Part shown: positions 20,648 through 30,479 of the stretch, one piece after another | How the letters are laid out: each line of letters starts with the position of its first letter | Numbering within the stretch: position 1 is the first letter of the stretch | Source: Polyangiaceae bacterium | GTDB taxonomy: Bacteria; Myxococcota_A; Polyangia; Polyangiales; Polyangiaceae | DNA: 64,000 nt | Assembly: GCA_044376115.1 (NCBI GenBank) | Contig: JBILLK010000002.1 | Coordinates: forward strand, 160,001 to 224,000 | Direction: 5' to 3' | Made by a program: the position numbers and the translations under genes | Notes under the pieces: generated by a model | Told to the model about the DNA's origin: nothing | The model's database searches: none | The model's input: the letters and a program-made list of their open reading frames with translations, nothing else

Positions 20648-20743
20648 GCGGTTGCTTCTCGTTTCCCGAAAGCACATTCCCAACGGCAACTGTGTGCTGT
20701 TTTTCGCCAGCAGACCTGGGCCGTGCTACGTCTGAGAAATACG

Positions 20744-21382
20744 ATGAACGCTCGCACCTCCTCACTAACTGGGTTCGTTGTTGTCGCCTTCCTTGGAACG
20801 GGCTGCGCTGCTCGCACAGCTCCTTTCGACAACCTCGATGATGCACAAATGACGATCCTGAAGCTCCAAGGAGAGCAGCAGGCGGCGAGCCCCATTCCGG
20901 GGGCTGGCTCGTTCCCCTTCCCGGGCGGGCTCTCGCTCCCCGGCGTAACGCCGGATCAGCTTCTGCAACAGGGGCAGCAGACCTGGCAGCAGATGATGCC
21001 TGGCGTACCGTTTCCTTTCCCCGGTGGAACTGGCGGCGCGGGTACCACCCCGGCACAACCGAAGTACAACGGCTTCGTGATTCTGCAGCAAAGCGCTGGT
21101 GATGAGGACACCAAGTCGGAGATTTTGGACCTCTTCGGAGATGAGGCCAGCTTCAACCAGAACCGTCAGCCTTGTTTCACCCCGGGCATGGCGGTGATCT
21201 TTACGCCTCCGGATGGTAGCCCCAACGTGGAGCTGATGATCTCCTTCGCCTGCAATCACACGCAGGGCGTAGGCTTTCAGTGGCCCTATGCTGCGTCGGG
21301 CTTCACCCCGGAATCGGGCAACACGCTACGCAACGTGTATATGCGCGTGTTCGGCACGCCCCCGCCGCCAACCGGTTCCTGA
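20744..21382 (+). CDS. Hypothetical lipoprotein
   Basis: GTGC lipobox, Pro/Gly/Gln insertion, CFTPGM..ISFACN Cys pair. Confidence 0.75.
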   Translation: MNARTSSLTGFVVVAFLGTGCAARTAPFDNLDDAQMTILKLQGEQQAASPIPGAGSFPFPGGLSLPGVTPDQLLQQGQQTWQQMMPGVPFPFPGGTGGAGTTPAQPKYNGFVILQQSAGDEDTKSEILDLFGDEASFNQNRQPCFTPGMAVIFTPPDGSPNVELMISFACNHTQGVGFQWPYAASGFTPESGNTLRNVYMRVFGTPPPPTGS

Positions 21383-21508
21383 CCGGGCGTCGCAAGCTCA
21401 CGAGCCCAAGCGAGTTACCTCAGCCGAACGGGTCTGCATGCAGCGCAGGCCCGTTCTGCGTTTTGTGACGCTGGCAGCGTCGCTAGGTTGCGAGCGCCGC
21501 TGGCGTGA

Positions 21509-21802
21509 TCAGTCGGGGACCTTCTCGAGCGTGACTTCGACCGTAACGCTCTTGTCCCCCGGCTTCGCCAGTACCTCGCCGTCGTAGGGGAAGTAGCCGG
21601 TCTTTTCGATCGAGATGCGGTGTTTGCCCGGCGGCAAGGCGACCCCGCGCTTCTCGACTCGAGCCACGCTCCCAACGGCTTCGTCGTCGATCGTTACTTC
21701 GGCGTCATCCACGTTGGCGGTCAGCTTGAGGGAGACCGTCTGCAGCTGGGCACTGCATCCGGTGCTCAAGAGCGCAGCCACGGTCAGGATCGTTCGCAAC
21801 AT
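21509..21802 (-). CDS. PEGA-domain lipoprotein
   Basis: STGC lipobox; AEVTIDD, LPPGKHRISIEKTGY. Confidence 0.85.
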   Translation of the reverse strand: MLRTILTVAALLSTGCSAQLQTVSLKLTANVDDAEVTIDDEAVGSVARVEKRGVALPPGKHRISIEKTGYFPYDGEVLAKPGDKSVTVEVTLEKVPD

Positions 21803-21807
21803 TGGGC

Positions 21808-23352
21808 TCACTCCCACTCGATGGTCGCCGGGGGCTTGGACGAGATGTCGTAGGCCACACGGTTGACGCCGCGGACCTCGTTGATGATGCGAGTCGAAGC
21901 GCGCGCAAGGACGTCATGCGGCATGCGGTACCAGTCGGCCGTCATACCGTCGGTGCTGGTGACGGCGCGGAGCGCCACCGCTTCATCGTAGGTTCGATCA
22001 TCGCCCATCACGCCTACACTTCGCACGGGCAAGAGGGCCGCGAAGGCCTGCCAAATTTCGTTGTAGAGGCCCGCCTTGCGAATCTCATCGAGAAAGATGG
22101 CGTCCGCTTTGCGCAGCGCCGTCAACCGCTCCGGCGTTAGCGCGCCGAGGCAGCGCACGGCGAGGCCAGGACCGGGGAAGGGGTGCCGATAGAGTAACTC
22201 GTGCGGCATGTTCATCGCCTCACCGACGCGACGAACCTCATCCTTGAACAGCTCGCGCAGCGGCTCGCACAGCTTGAGGTTCATTTTCTCGGGAAGTCCT
22301 CCAACGTTGTGGTGGCTCTTGATGACTGCGGAGGGACCACGCAGAGAGATGCTTTCAATCACGTCCGGGTAGAGCGTTCCTTGAACCAAGAACTTGGCGC
22401 CCTCGATCGCCCGGGCCTCGCGCTCGAACACTTCTATGAAGACGCGGCCGATGATTTTTCGCTTCTTCTCCGGATCGGTAACGCCCTCGAGCTGCGTTAG
22501 AAATTCCGAGCTGGCGTCGATGTGGATCAGGTTCTTGAGCGGGAAGACCTCGGTGAACATGCGCACGACGTCGCGTGCCTCGCCCTCACGCAGCAAGCCA
22601 TTGTCGATAAAGATGCAGGTGAGCCGCTCGTCGAGAGCACGTGCACAGAGTACGGCTGCGACCGATGAATCGACGCCTCCGGAGAGCCCGAGGATTGCGT
22701 GTTCCGAGCCAACCTGGTTGCGAATCTTCTCAACGGCCTCATCAACGAAGGAGGCGGCGGTCCAAGACGGTGTCAATCCGGCGACCTCAAACAGGAAGGC
22801 GTCGAGGATGGCTTTGCCTCGCTTGGTGTGCACGACCTCGGGATGAAACTGCATGCCGTACTGCCGCAAGCCTGCATGGCCCACCACACAGAACGGCGTG
22901 CTCGGGGTGGTCGCCAGCGTCTCAAAGCCAGCGGGCAACGCCTCGATGCGGTCGCCGTGACTCATCCAAACGTCGATGGACTCTCCCGCTCGAGCGAACG
23001 AAAGGACGCCGGTTGGCTGGCTCACCTGCATCGTCGCTGGGCCGTATTCGCGGTGTTCAGCACGCTCGACGCGGCCGCCTGTGAGGTGGGCCATTAGCTG
23101 CGCGCCGTAACAAATGCCGAGCACCGGTACGCCAAGCTCAAAGACGCCGCGGTCGATCGAAGGAGCGCCTTCGTCATAGACGCTGCTCGGTCCGCCGGAG
23201 AGCACGATGGCCTTGGGCGCTTTGGCCTTGATGGCGTCCAGCGAAAGCGTGCCAGGGTGGATCTCGCAGTAGACGTTGCTCTCGCGAATTCGGCGCGCAA
23301 TGAGCTGGGTGGTTTGCGAACCGAAATCGAGGATCAGGACGTGCTCTCGCAT
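21808..23352 (-). CDS. guaA: GMP synthase (glutamine-hydrolysing)
   Basis: [42 protein letters not shown]. Confidence 0.98.
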   Translation of the reverse strand: MREHVLILDFGSQTTQLIARRIRESNVYCEIHPGTLSLDAIKAKAPKAIVLSGGPSSVYDEGAPSIDRGVFELGVPVLGICYGAQLMAHLTGGRVERAEHREYGPATMQVSQPTGVLSFARAGESIDVWMSHGDRIEALPAGFETLATTPSTPFCVVGHAGLRQYGMQFHPEVVHTKRGKAILDAFLFEVAGLTPSWTAASFVDEAVEKIRNQVGSEHAILGLSGGVDSSVAAVLCARALDERLTCIFIDNGLLREGEARDVVRMFTEVFPLKNLIHIDASSEFLTQLEGVTDPEKKRKIIGRVFIEVFEREARAIEGAKFLVQGTLYPDVIESISLRGPSAVIKSHHNVGGLPEKMNLKLCEPLRELFKDEVRRVGEAMNMPHELLYRHPFPGPGLAVRCLGALTPERLTALRKADAIFLDEIRKAGLYNEIWQAFAALLPVRSVGVMGDDRTYDEAVALRAVTSTDGMTADWYRMPHDVLARASTRIINEVRGVNRVAYDISSKPPATIEWE

Positions 23353-23418
23353 CGCGGAGGGCGGTAGCACGGAGAGGTGCTGGCTCCAATCGCACGCAGC
23401 AGACTAGGATGATCGGTC

Positions 23419-23691
23419 ATGATCTCGCGCTGCCTCGCTGTAGCTCTGCTGCTCTCGCTCTCGGTTCTTTCGTCGCTATCGTGCCGCGACGCGCGCTTTC
23501 CGGTCTGCCAGGAGGACAGCGATTGTGCGAAAGAAGTCGGGAAGCACTGCTCGGATCTGCGCTGTGTCGAGTGCAGTGCCGACGAAGATTGTGGCGACGG
23601 TCGCTACTGCGAGCGCAAGCTGATGGCCTGCCGAAGTTTGGGCGGCGTGCAGCCGCCGTCGCAGGCGAGTGCGCTTCCGAGCGCCGAGTAG
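23419..23691 (+). CDS. Small Cys-rich lipoprotein
   Basis: Lipobox SLSC, CxxDxDC repeats. Confidence 0.7.
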   Translation: MISRCLAVALLLSLSVLSSLSCRDARFPVCQEDSDCAKEVGKHCSDLRCVECSADEDCGDGRYCERKLMACRSLGGVQPPSQASALPSAE

Positions 23692-23692
23692 C

Positions 23693-23980
23693 CTAGGGCT
23701 GCGCGTCTACGACGGCCGGATCGGCGGGTGAAGGACCTGGCGTGGGCGCGACCGGCGGTGGAGGCGCTTTCACACTCCCTGGCGCTGGCCCACCGGGTTT
23801 GCTCCCCGGTTGTTTTGGCGGAACGGATGGCGCTGGAGGCACCTTGTAACCGACAGCCTCTTTTGCCGCGGCTGCAAGCGATACGGCTGGGTTGGGCGGG
23901 TCATCGGCCTTGAATTCGGTACCGCAAGCCGTTGCTGCGAGACTCAGGCCCAGACCGCAGCTCACGAGGAGGCGCTTCAT
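23693..23980 (-). CDS. Small Pro-rich lipoprotein
   Basis: MKRLLVSCGLGLSLAATAC signal and lipobox. Confidence 0.6.
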   Translation of the reverse strand: MKRLLVSCGLGLSLAATACGTEFKADDPPNPAVSLAAAAKEAVGYKVPPAPSVPPKQPGSKPGGPAPGSVKAPPPPVAPTPGPSPADPAVVDAQP

Positions 23981-24067
23981 TGCGCCCAGGAGCTTAGCGG
24001 ATTCAAGGCGGAGTAACAGTGCAGCCAGCCACTGGTGGCGGAGCACACAAACGAGTAAAGCGCTCCA

Positions 24068-25333
24068 GTGACTGTGGTCCCCTCCTTGCCGGAACTTGCG
24101 CGAAACGCGCGGCGCGCCTCGCGTGAACTCGCGGCTGCCGGGCGAATCGTCAAGGATCAAGCGCTGCGTAACCTTGCTGCGCGGCTGCTTGATGAAGCGG
24201 GAAAGCCCGGGGGTGCGCTGTTTCAAGCCAATCTCGAGGACCTCACGGCGGCGGAAGCTGGCGGCGTCTCTGGGCCGATGCTCGACCGCCTCAAGCTCGA
24301 TCCGGCCCGGGTGCGGGCGATGGCGGAGGCGGTACTCGAGATTTCGCGCGCGGCCGATCCCGTGGGAGAAGTCACGCACGCGACGATGAGGCCCAACGGG
24401 CTCTTGGTCGGCCAAGTGCGCGCTCCGCTGGGCGTGATCGCGATGATCTACGAGGCTCGACCCAACGTGACGGTGGAAGCGTTCGCGCTCACGTTGAAGT
24501 CAGGCAACGCCGTGATCATGCGCGGCGGCAAAGAGGCTGTGCGGTCCAACGCCGCACTCGCCGCGGTCGCGCACGCAGCCTTGGCAGACGCCGGCCTGCC
24601 CACCGCCGCCCTAAGTGTGGTCACCAATACGGATCGCGACTCGATTCGTGAGCTGGTTTCGTTGACCGGCCTGATTGATCTCGTGATTCCGCGGGGGGGA
24701 GAGGGCTTGATTCGTTTCGTCACGGAGCATGCGCGGGTGCCGGTGATTCAACACTACAAAGGCGTGTGTCACACCTTCGTCGATCGCGGCGCAGATCTGG
24801 AGCTCGCCCTGAAGGTCGTTGAGAACGCGAAGCTTTCGCGAGTCAGCGTATGCAACGCCCTTGAGTGCCTGCTGGTTGACGAGCTTGAGGCGCCTGCGTT
24901 CCTACCGATGTTGGCCGGCTTGAAGGCGCGCGGGCTCGAGCTGCGCGGAGACGAGCAGGTGCAGCGCTTGATCGAGGTTGTTCCAGCGACCGAAGCGGAT
25001 TGGGGCTGTGAGTTTCTCGACAAGGTGCTCGCCGTGCGAGTGGTCCCCAATTTTGACGCTGCCTTGGCGCACATTGCGCAATACGGCTCGAACCACACCG
25101 AGTGCATCATCACCCGCGACTACGAGCGAGCCCAACGTTGGAAGCGCGAAGTCGACGCGAGCTGCGTCGTGGTAAACGCCTCAACCAGGTTCAACGACGG
25201 CGGAGAATTGGGGCTCGGCGCTGAGATGGGCATCTCGACATCGAAGCTCCACGCCTACGGCCCGATGGGCTTGGTTCATTTGACCACGCTGAAGTGGTTC
25301 ATCGAAGGAAACGGTCAGATTCGCACGCCCTAG
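24068..25333 (+). CDS. proA: Gamma-glutamyl phosphate reductase
   Basis: IYEARPNVT, IPRGG, CNALE, VNASTRFNDG, GISTSKLHAYGPMG. Confidence 0.97.
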   Translation: MTVVPSLPELARNARRASRELAAAGRIVKDQALRNLAARLLDEAGKPGGALFQANLEDLTAAEAGGVSGPMLDRLKLDPARVRAMAEAVLEISRAADPVGEVTHATMRPNGLLVGQVRAPLGVIAMIYEARPNVTVEAFALTLKSGNAVIMRGGKEAVRSNAALAAVAHAALADAGLPTAALSVVTNTDRDSIRELVSLTGLIDLVIPRGGEGLIRFVTEHARVPVIQHYKGVCHTFVDRGADLELALKVVENAKLSRVSVCNALECLLVDELEAPAFLPMLAGLKARGLELRGDEQVQRLIEVVPATEADWGCEFLDKVLAVRVVPNFDAALAHIAQYGSNHTECIITRDYERAQRWKREVDASCVVVNASTRFNDGGELGLGAEMGISTSKLHAYGPMGLVHLTTLKWFIEGNGQIRTP

Positions 25334-25401
25334 TGCGTCGCGGAAACGTGCGCCGGTTGGCGCTTGGTTCGGATTGGCACTCTCGTTTCGGAGGATCGGT
25401 T

Positions 25402-26157
25402 TTGAGCATCACAAAAAAGGCAGCAAAGTCCAGCGCACCTCGCAAGCGCAGCGACGAGGATGGACCCTCGAAGGCAAAGCCGGCGGCTCGTGGAGCCAAG
25501 ACGACGGCTGCACGCAAGACGCCGACGGCCAAGACCACCAGCGCTCGCCCGCGCATCCGCGCGACCCATAGCGAAGTACCGGATGCATCGGGAGAGACCA
25601 CCAAGCGGCGAGTGAAAGCAAAGCCTGTTGGGGACCTCGAGAAGCGCAAGATCAAAGCGCGCGCCACCGTGCAGGCGCTCAGCGGTCGCAAAGAGACCTC
25701 CAAAAAGCCTTTGGGGGCTGCTTCGCCGAAGCGAGAGGAAACGACGAGCCGCCGGCGTTCGGTACCTCCGCCTCCAGCGGGTGCCTCCGAACGCAGTCAA
25801 AAGCTCGCTCTGGCGATCGCCGCTGGCGGGCTTGAAAAGAAGGCGCTCGGGGTCGAGGTGATCGATGTCTCGGGTCGCGTCGACTACGCCGACTTCCTCG
25901 TGATCATGACCGGCACCAGTGATCGCCACGTCCACGCAATTGCGATGGGCATCGAAGCCGCGCTGAAGAAGCTGAAGACCTCCCCGCTCAGCATCGAAGG
26001 GCTGGGCACGGCGAGTTGGGTGCTCATGGACTTCGACGATGTCGTGGTTCACGTCTTCCAAGAGGAGACCCGCAAGGTTTACGACATCGAGGGCCTCTGG
26101 GTGGACGCAGGCCGTCTGCGCGTGGCCGACGAACGAGGCGGTTCCAAGCTCTCGTGA
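25402..26157 (+). CDS. rsfS: Ribosome silencing factor with long basic N-terminal extension
   Basis: EKKA..V..IDV, YADFLVIMTGTSDRHV, WVLMDFDDVVVHVF, YDIEGLW; TTG after GGAGG. Confidence 0.9.
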   Translation: MSITKKAAKSSAPRKRSDEDGPSKAKPAARGAKTTAARKTPTAKTTSARPRIRATHSEVPDASGETTKRRVKAKPVGDLEKRKIKARATVQALSGRKETSKKPLGAASPKREETTSRRRSVPPPPAGASERSQKLALAIAAGGLEKKALGVEVIDVSGRVDYADFLVIMTGTSDRHVHAIAMGIEAALKKLKTSPLSIEGLGTASWVLMDFDDVVVHVFQEETRKVYDIEGLWVDAGRLRVADERGGSKLS

Positions 26158-26591
26158 GGTTCAGCATCGTGGCGGTCGGTCGGATCAAGGACCAGAAACT
26201 CCGTCACGTGGTCGACGAATACAAGACGCGCCTCGGACACTACGTCGGGGTGCGTGAGATCGAGATCGAAGACGGCAGCGCCGAGGTGGTTGACGCACAG
26301 GTCAGCCGCCACGCGAAGGACGATATCCTGGTCTCGCTAGACAGCCGCGGCAAAGAGCTGGATTCGATCGCGTTCTCGCGTTTCATCGACAAACTCACGC
26401 AACAGGGCAAAGGCAACGTCGCCTTTGCGCTCGGAGGCAAGGAGGGGCTGGGGAAGGTGACCGTGGACCGCTCGGCTCACGTGCTCAGCCTCTCTCAGAT
26501 GACGCTTCCGCATCGTCTCGCGCGGCTATTCCTGTATGAGCAGCTTTATCGCGCGATGACGCTGCTCCGCGGTGAGCCCTACGGCCTCTAA
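26154..26591 (+). CDS. rlmH: 23S rRNA pseudouridine(1915)-N3 methyltransferase
   Basis: IVAVGRIK, LD.RGK..DS, LSLSQMTLPH, EQLYRA, GEPY; GTGA overlap with rsfS. Confidence 0.95.
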   Translation: MRFSIVAVGRIKDQKLRHVVDEYKTRLGHYVGVREIEIEDGSAEVVDAQVSRHAKDDILVSLDSRGKELDSIAFSRFIDKLTQQGKGNVAFALGGKEGLGKVTVDRSAHVLSLSQMTLPHRLARLFLYEQLYRAMTLLRGEPYGL

Positions 26592-26606
26592 GCCCTACGG
26601 TCTCTA
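26575..26606 (+). repeat. 16-bp tandem duplication of the rlmH 3' end
   Basis: AGCCCTACGGCCTCTA followed by AGCCCTACGGTCTCTA (1 mismatch). Confidence 0.9.
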
Positions 26607-26686
26607 AGTAGCGCCAATTAGGGAAACCGTGGGCTGCTCTGCTTCGCTATTGGAGCGGTTCGCATCAGCTCGTATTCTCCGGGCCC

Positions 26687-28009
26687 ATGAGCGATCCCGG
26701 CAAGAAGTACCTCCTGATTGACGTTCCGTCTCATCAGACCTCGACGGGGGGAAACGTCGGGTCTTCCTTCTTGCGCATTGGGTCGCCCGATCCGTCGCCG
26801 CCGATGAAGGAGCTGCTCGAAGAGATCGTCGCGGAGGGCTTCATCGATGACGATCGCGTGCGCGGGCCGAATGACACCGCTGCCCATGCGACGGTTGAAG
26901 GGGCGGGGGGAACTGCCGGGCCGGGCCACAGCCTTTCTGTTGCTGAGCGCAAAGCCGAGACCGAGCGTTTCCTGACGAAGGGCGGCTGGCACGAACATAC
27001 CGACGGTAACCGCATCAGCACCGTGGTGGGCGACCGCATCGACGTCGTTCGGGGCAACTACAAGATGGTGGTGCTCGGTCGCCAGGACGCGCTTGAGAAC
27101 GCTGCTGGGTGGGACGTGTCAGGTGGCCATATCGAAGACGGAGGGCTTACCCCGGGCGGCATCCATCACATCAAGTGGGTCCAGACCTGGGACGGCACCT
27201 GGAAGGTGACCGAGCTATGCGAGAAAGGCGACGTCCACAGCATCACCCACGGCAACAGCAAAGAAGAGAACTACGGCGACACGCTCGAGTCGATCACTGG
27301 CTCCGAGAACCCCGATGAGAACGTCACCCAGGGCGTACTGCGGCCGACCACCAAGAAAAAGAACCCTACGATCACCGAGCGTACGTGGGCGACGGCGATC
27401 TATTCGTACACCGGCTCTAGCAACAAGCCGGTCCCCACGATGACGGATGAGACGCACGTCACCTCGACCACCGAGACGTTGCACGCGGGCACCATCACCA
27501 GCAATACCTACGCAAGCACCAGCATCACCGAGAACACCGGCAAGGTGGGCACCCCGGTACCGGCGATCAGCTCGAGTACGCACGTCGGCGCGTTGAGCGA
27601 GACCCTTCACGCAGGCGCGCTGTCCACGGTCAGTACGATTGGAGTAACCTCCAACGTAACGACGGTCGGTGCGATCAGCGACGTTGAAATATCAGGCGCG
27701 AAGTCGAGCATCATCCTCGGCGCGGTAATGGCCGATCTCGAGGTGTCGATCTTGCGACTCGAGGTCAAGGCTGGCATCGGCTTTCTCGAGATCGAGGCGG
27801 GCCTCCGCTACATCGAGGTCTGCCTCGGCAACAAGTGGTCGTTCAACCTAGGCACTGAGTACAAGCTCAAGAAGGATGAGTGGGAGACGGCGGCAAAGAC
27901 TTTGTCGGTGGTAGGAAAAGAAGACACGATCGGCATCAAGCTCAAGAAGCTGGCGCTACAGCTGAAGCACACCGCGCCCTCGGTTGGCATCGGGCTCGAG
28001 CCGGATTGA
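26687..28009 (+). CDS. Putative Gp5/VgrG C-terminal-like beta-helical spike protein lacking gp27-like hub
   Basis: DGNRISTVVGDRIDVVRGNYKMVV Gp5-C-like repeat; long Thr/Val/Gly periodic region; first gene of the DUF2169 cluster. Confidence 0.55.
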   Translation: MSDPGKKYLLIDVPSHQTSTGGNVGSSFLRIGSPDPSPPMKELLEEIVAEGFIDDDRVRGPNDTAAHATVEGAGGTAGPGHSLSVAERKAETERFLTKGGWHEHTDGNRISTVVGDRIDVVRGNYKMVVLGRQDALENAAGWDVSGGHIEDGGLTPGGIHHIKWVQTWDGTWKVTELCEKGDVHSITHGNSKEENYGDTLESITGSENPDENVTQGVLRPTTKKKNPTITERTWATAIYSYTGSSNKPVPTMTDETHVTSTTETLHAGTITSNTYASTSITENTGKVGTPVPAISSSTHVGALSETLHAGALSTVSTIGVTSNVTTVGAISDVEISGAKSSIILGAVMADLEVSILRLEVKAGIGFLEIEAGLRYIEVCLGNKWSFNLGTEYKLKKDEWETAAKTLSVVGKEDTIGIKLKKLALQLKHTAPSVGIGLEPD

Positions 28010-28046
28010 TCGCACCTCGACTAGCGCGCAGCCCGGAGCCCTTCCA

Positions 28047-30479
28047 ATGATCGTTCTGCCCCCCAAAGGCTTCGCCTACGCGACGAAGCTGACCTCGCGT
28101 ATGCCACCCAAGCCCGAGCTTCTGGTGGTGGTGAAAGGCGTTTACGCGCTCAAGCCAGACGCGCCGCTCGAGTTGCTCGAGCGCAAAGAGTGCATGCCCA
28201 CGGGCGATCAATTTGCACCCGAGGATGACGACCGCACCGGCGCCTGCTTCGCCCCGACCGACTTTGCAGATGCCAAGATGAACGCCGAAGTCTTCGTGCG
28301 TGGCTCGTTTCACGCACCCGGTGGCCGGCCCGTCAAAGAGTCCGAAGTGGGCTTCTCGATTGCCGGGCTCAGCAAGCGACTGCGCGTCGTTGGTCCCCGC
28401 GTATGGGTTGACGATGTCTTGGGTTCGGCGGCGTCGGAACCGCTAGCGATGACCTCGGTACTCGTCGATTGGACGACGGCATACGGCGGTCCTGGGTTCG
28501 CGGGCAACACCAGCGGACGTGGACATACGTCGCGGGAGTTGCCGCAGCTCGAGGCCTTCGATGCCCCGGTGCGGTCACGCGGGAATCACAACGTTGCTGC
28601 ATCGTTCGGACCGATTAGTCCGAACTGGCCCGAGCGCGCAAAGAAGGTGGGAACACGGTACGGCAAAGCTTGGAGGGAACAGCGCTCTCCCTTTGTCGCC
28701 GAGGACTTCGACTGGACCTATCACCAAGCGGCGCCGGCCGATCAGCAGCTCCCCGGCTTTCTCAAAGGCGACGAGACGATCATCTTTGAGAACTTCCATC
28801 CACAAGCCGCGCTCCTCTCGGCGAAGCTTCCGGGCCTGCGAATGCGCGGCTTCGCACGCACGGTCGCTGGCGAGTTTCGCTCGTTTGGTCTGCAATTGGA
28901 TACGGTCGTGGCGGATCTCGACAAGGGCACGCTCGCGCTGACGTGGCGGGGCCACCTGCCGATTCGTGAGCTCGACTACGCCGACATCAAGTCGATGCTC
29001 CTCGCCTGCGAGCTGCTCGGAGAGGTGGGCAGCGAGCGCGCATACCAAGAAAAGCTCGAGGCGTTCGAGCGTGATCCGGTTGGCTTTGAAGAAGCTCGCT
29101 CGGAGATGATTGCGTCGATGGCGGCCGCAGCGCCGACCTTTCCTGGGGACGCGCCGCAACAGCTCGACGTTGTCAGCGCGGCGCTGGCGAAGAAGCTCCC
29201 AGCGGAGTTTCAGGGCGTGGCGAAGAACCTAGCGATCGGCATGGCAGAGGCGAGCAAGGCGCGCGGCGCGGAGCCCGAACAGGCCGAGGCCGACCAGAAG
29301 CTCGTTGAGGCGCTTTCGCGCGTCGATGAGGCGGAAGAGAATGAACCTCCGCCGCCGATCGCACCCAAACCGGGCGCCATCCCTTCAATCGGTTTGCGCA
29401 AAGTGGTGCGCCAAATGATGGCGGACCTCAGCCGCGGTCTCGAGGGCACCAAAGACCAAGAGCTGACGCCGGAGCAGGCCGCGCAGCTCGAGAAGCTCAA
29501 CAGCCTTCCGCTCGACCCAAACTGGACGACACTCGATCCCGAGTACACCATTCCCGAGCCGCTATCGACCGATGCTCCGGGGCCTTACGCCAACTTGATC
29601 GATCGCGATTTCACCGGCCAGGATCTCTCGGGCTTGGATCTTTCAGGGGCCAAACTCGACGGGGCGGTGCTGACCCGTGCGAGGTTGGTGGGCACCAAAC
29701 TTCGCGGCGCGAGTCTGCGCGGCGCGGTCCTCTATCGCGCCGAAGCTGAAGGCGCCGATTTCTCGGAGGTCGATTTCACGAGGGCGAACTGTGCAAGGTT
29801 GCGCGCGCGGTCGGCGAACTTCTCGAGCGCAACCTTGGAGCTCGCTTTCTTCGAGGACGCTGAGCTCGAAGAGGCGTGTTTCGAGGGCACCCAGGCGGAT
29901 TGGTCGGCGTTTGCTCGGGCGAACCTTGCGCGCGTGAAGGGCCGCGGGCTCAAGTTTTATCGCACCGATTTCGAAGAGTCCGACCTCACGAACGCGGACT
30001 TCTCGAACGGCTCTGTCCGCGCCTGTGTGTTCTCGCGCTGCAAGGCCACGGGGCTCGATCTGACAAAGACCGAAGTGCGCGCAATTTCGGCGCAAGAGGC
30101 CAACTTCGGTGGAGCCAAGTTCGTGCGAGCCCACGGTGAGCGAATGAACCTGATCAACGCCGAACTCGATGGGGCGGACTTTACGTTGGCTGTGGTTTCG
30201 AAGTCGCACTTCTCCGGCGCTACGGCGCGCGGTTGTGAATTCTGGGGTGCAGATCTGAGTCTGGGCCGCTTTTACCGGGCGGACCTTTCGCGCTCACGAT
30301 TCGACCACGCGAACCTATTGGGTGCCGACCTCTCACGAGCACGTCTCGAGTGGGCAGGTTTTCAGAAGGCGAACTTGTACGACGCAAAGCTGATTGAGGC
30401 TTTTGGTCAGGACACCAACTTCACTGGCGCCAACTTGGAGCGCTGCAACTACTCGACCCGAAACGCCGAGGACGCCTGA
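28047..30479 (+). CDS. DUF2169 adaptor fused to pentapeptide repeats (TagAB-like)
   Basis: VVVKG.Y.L, DFA..K..AEV, AYGG, FGPISPNWPER, FDW.Y.QAAP.DQQ, LDTV, LTWR; then A(D/N)Lxx repeats. Confidence 0.88.
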   Translation: MIVLPPKGFAYATKLTSRMPPKPELLVVVKGVYALKPDAPLELLERKECMPTGDQFAPEDDDRTGACFAPTDFADAKMNAEVFVRGSFHAPGGRPVKESEVGFSIAGLSKRLRVVGPRVWVDDVLGSAASEPLAMTSVLVDWTTAYGGPGFAGNTSGRGHTSRELPQLEAFDAPVRSRGNHNVAASFGPISPNWPERAKKVGTRYGKAWREQRSPFVAEDFDWTYHQAAPADQQLPGFLKGDETIIFENFHPQAALLSAKLPGLRMRGFARTVAGEFRSFGLQLDTVVADLDKGTLALTWRGHLPIRELDYADIKSMLLACELLGEVGSERAYQEKLEAFERDPVGFEEARSEMIASMAAAAPTFPGDAPQQLDVVSAALAKKLPAEFQGVAKNLAIGMAEASKARGAEPEQAEADQKLVEALSRVDEAEENEPPPPIAPKPGAIPSIGLRKVVRQMMADLSRGLEGTKDQELTPEQAAQLEKLNSLPLDPNWTTLDPEYTIPEPLSTDAPGPYANLIDRDFTGQDLSGLDLSGAKLDGAVLTRARLVGTKLRGASLRGAVLYRAEAEGADFSEVDFTRANCARLRARSANFSSATLELAFFEDAELEEACFEGTQADWSAFARANLARVKGRGLKFYRTDFEESDLTNADFSNGSVRACVFSRCKATGLDLTKTEVRAISAQEANFGGAKFVRAHGERMNLINAELDGADFTLAVVSKSHFSGATARGCEFWGADLSLGRFYRADLSRSRFDHANLLGADLSRARLEWAGFQKANLYDAKLIEAFGQDTNFTGANLERCNYSTRNAEDA

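Noticed and set aside
21509..21817. Island integrated at the guaA 3' end
   Set aside because: No integrase or direct repeat; the PEGA gene follows directly
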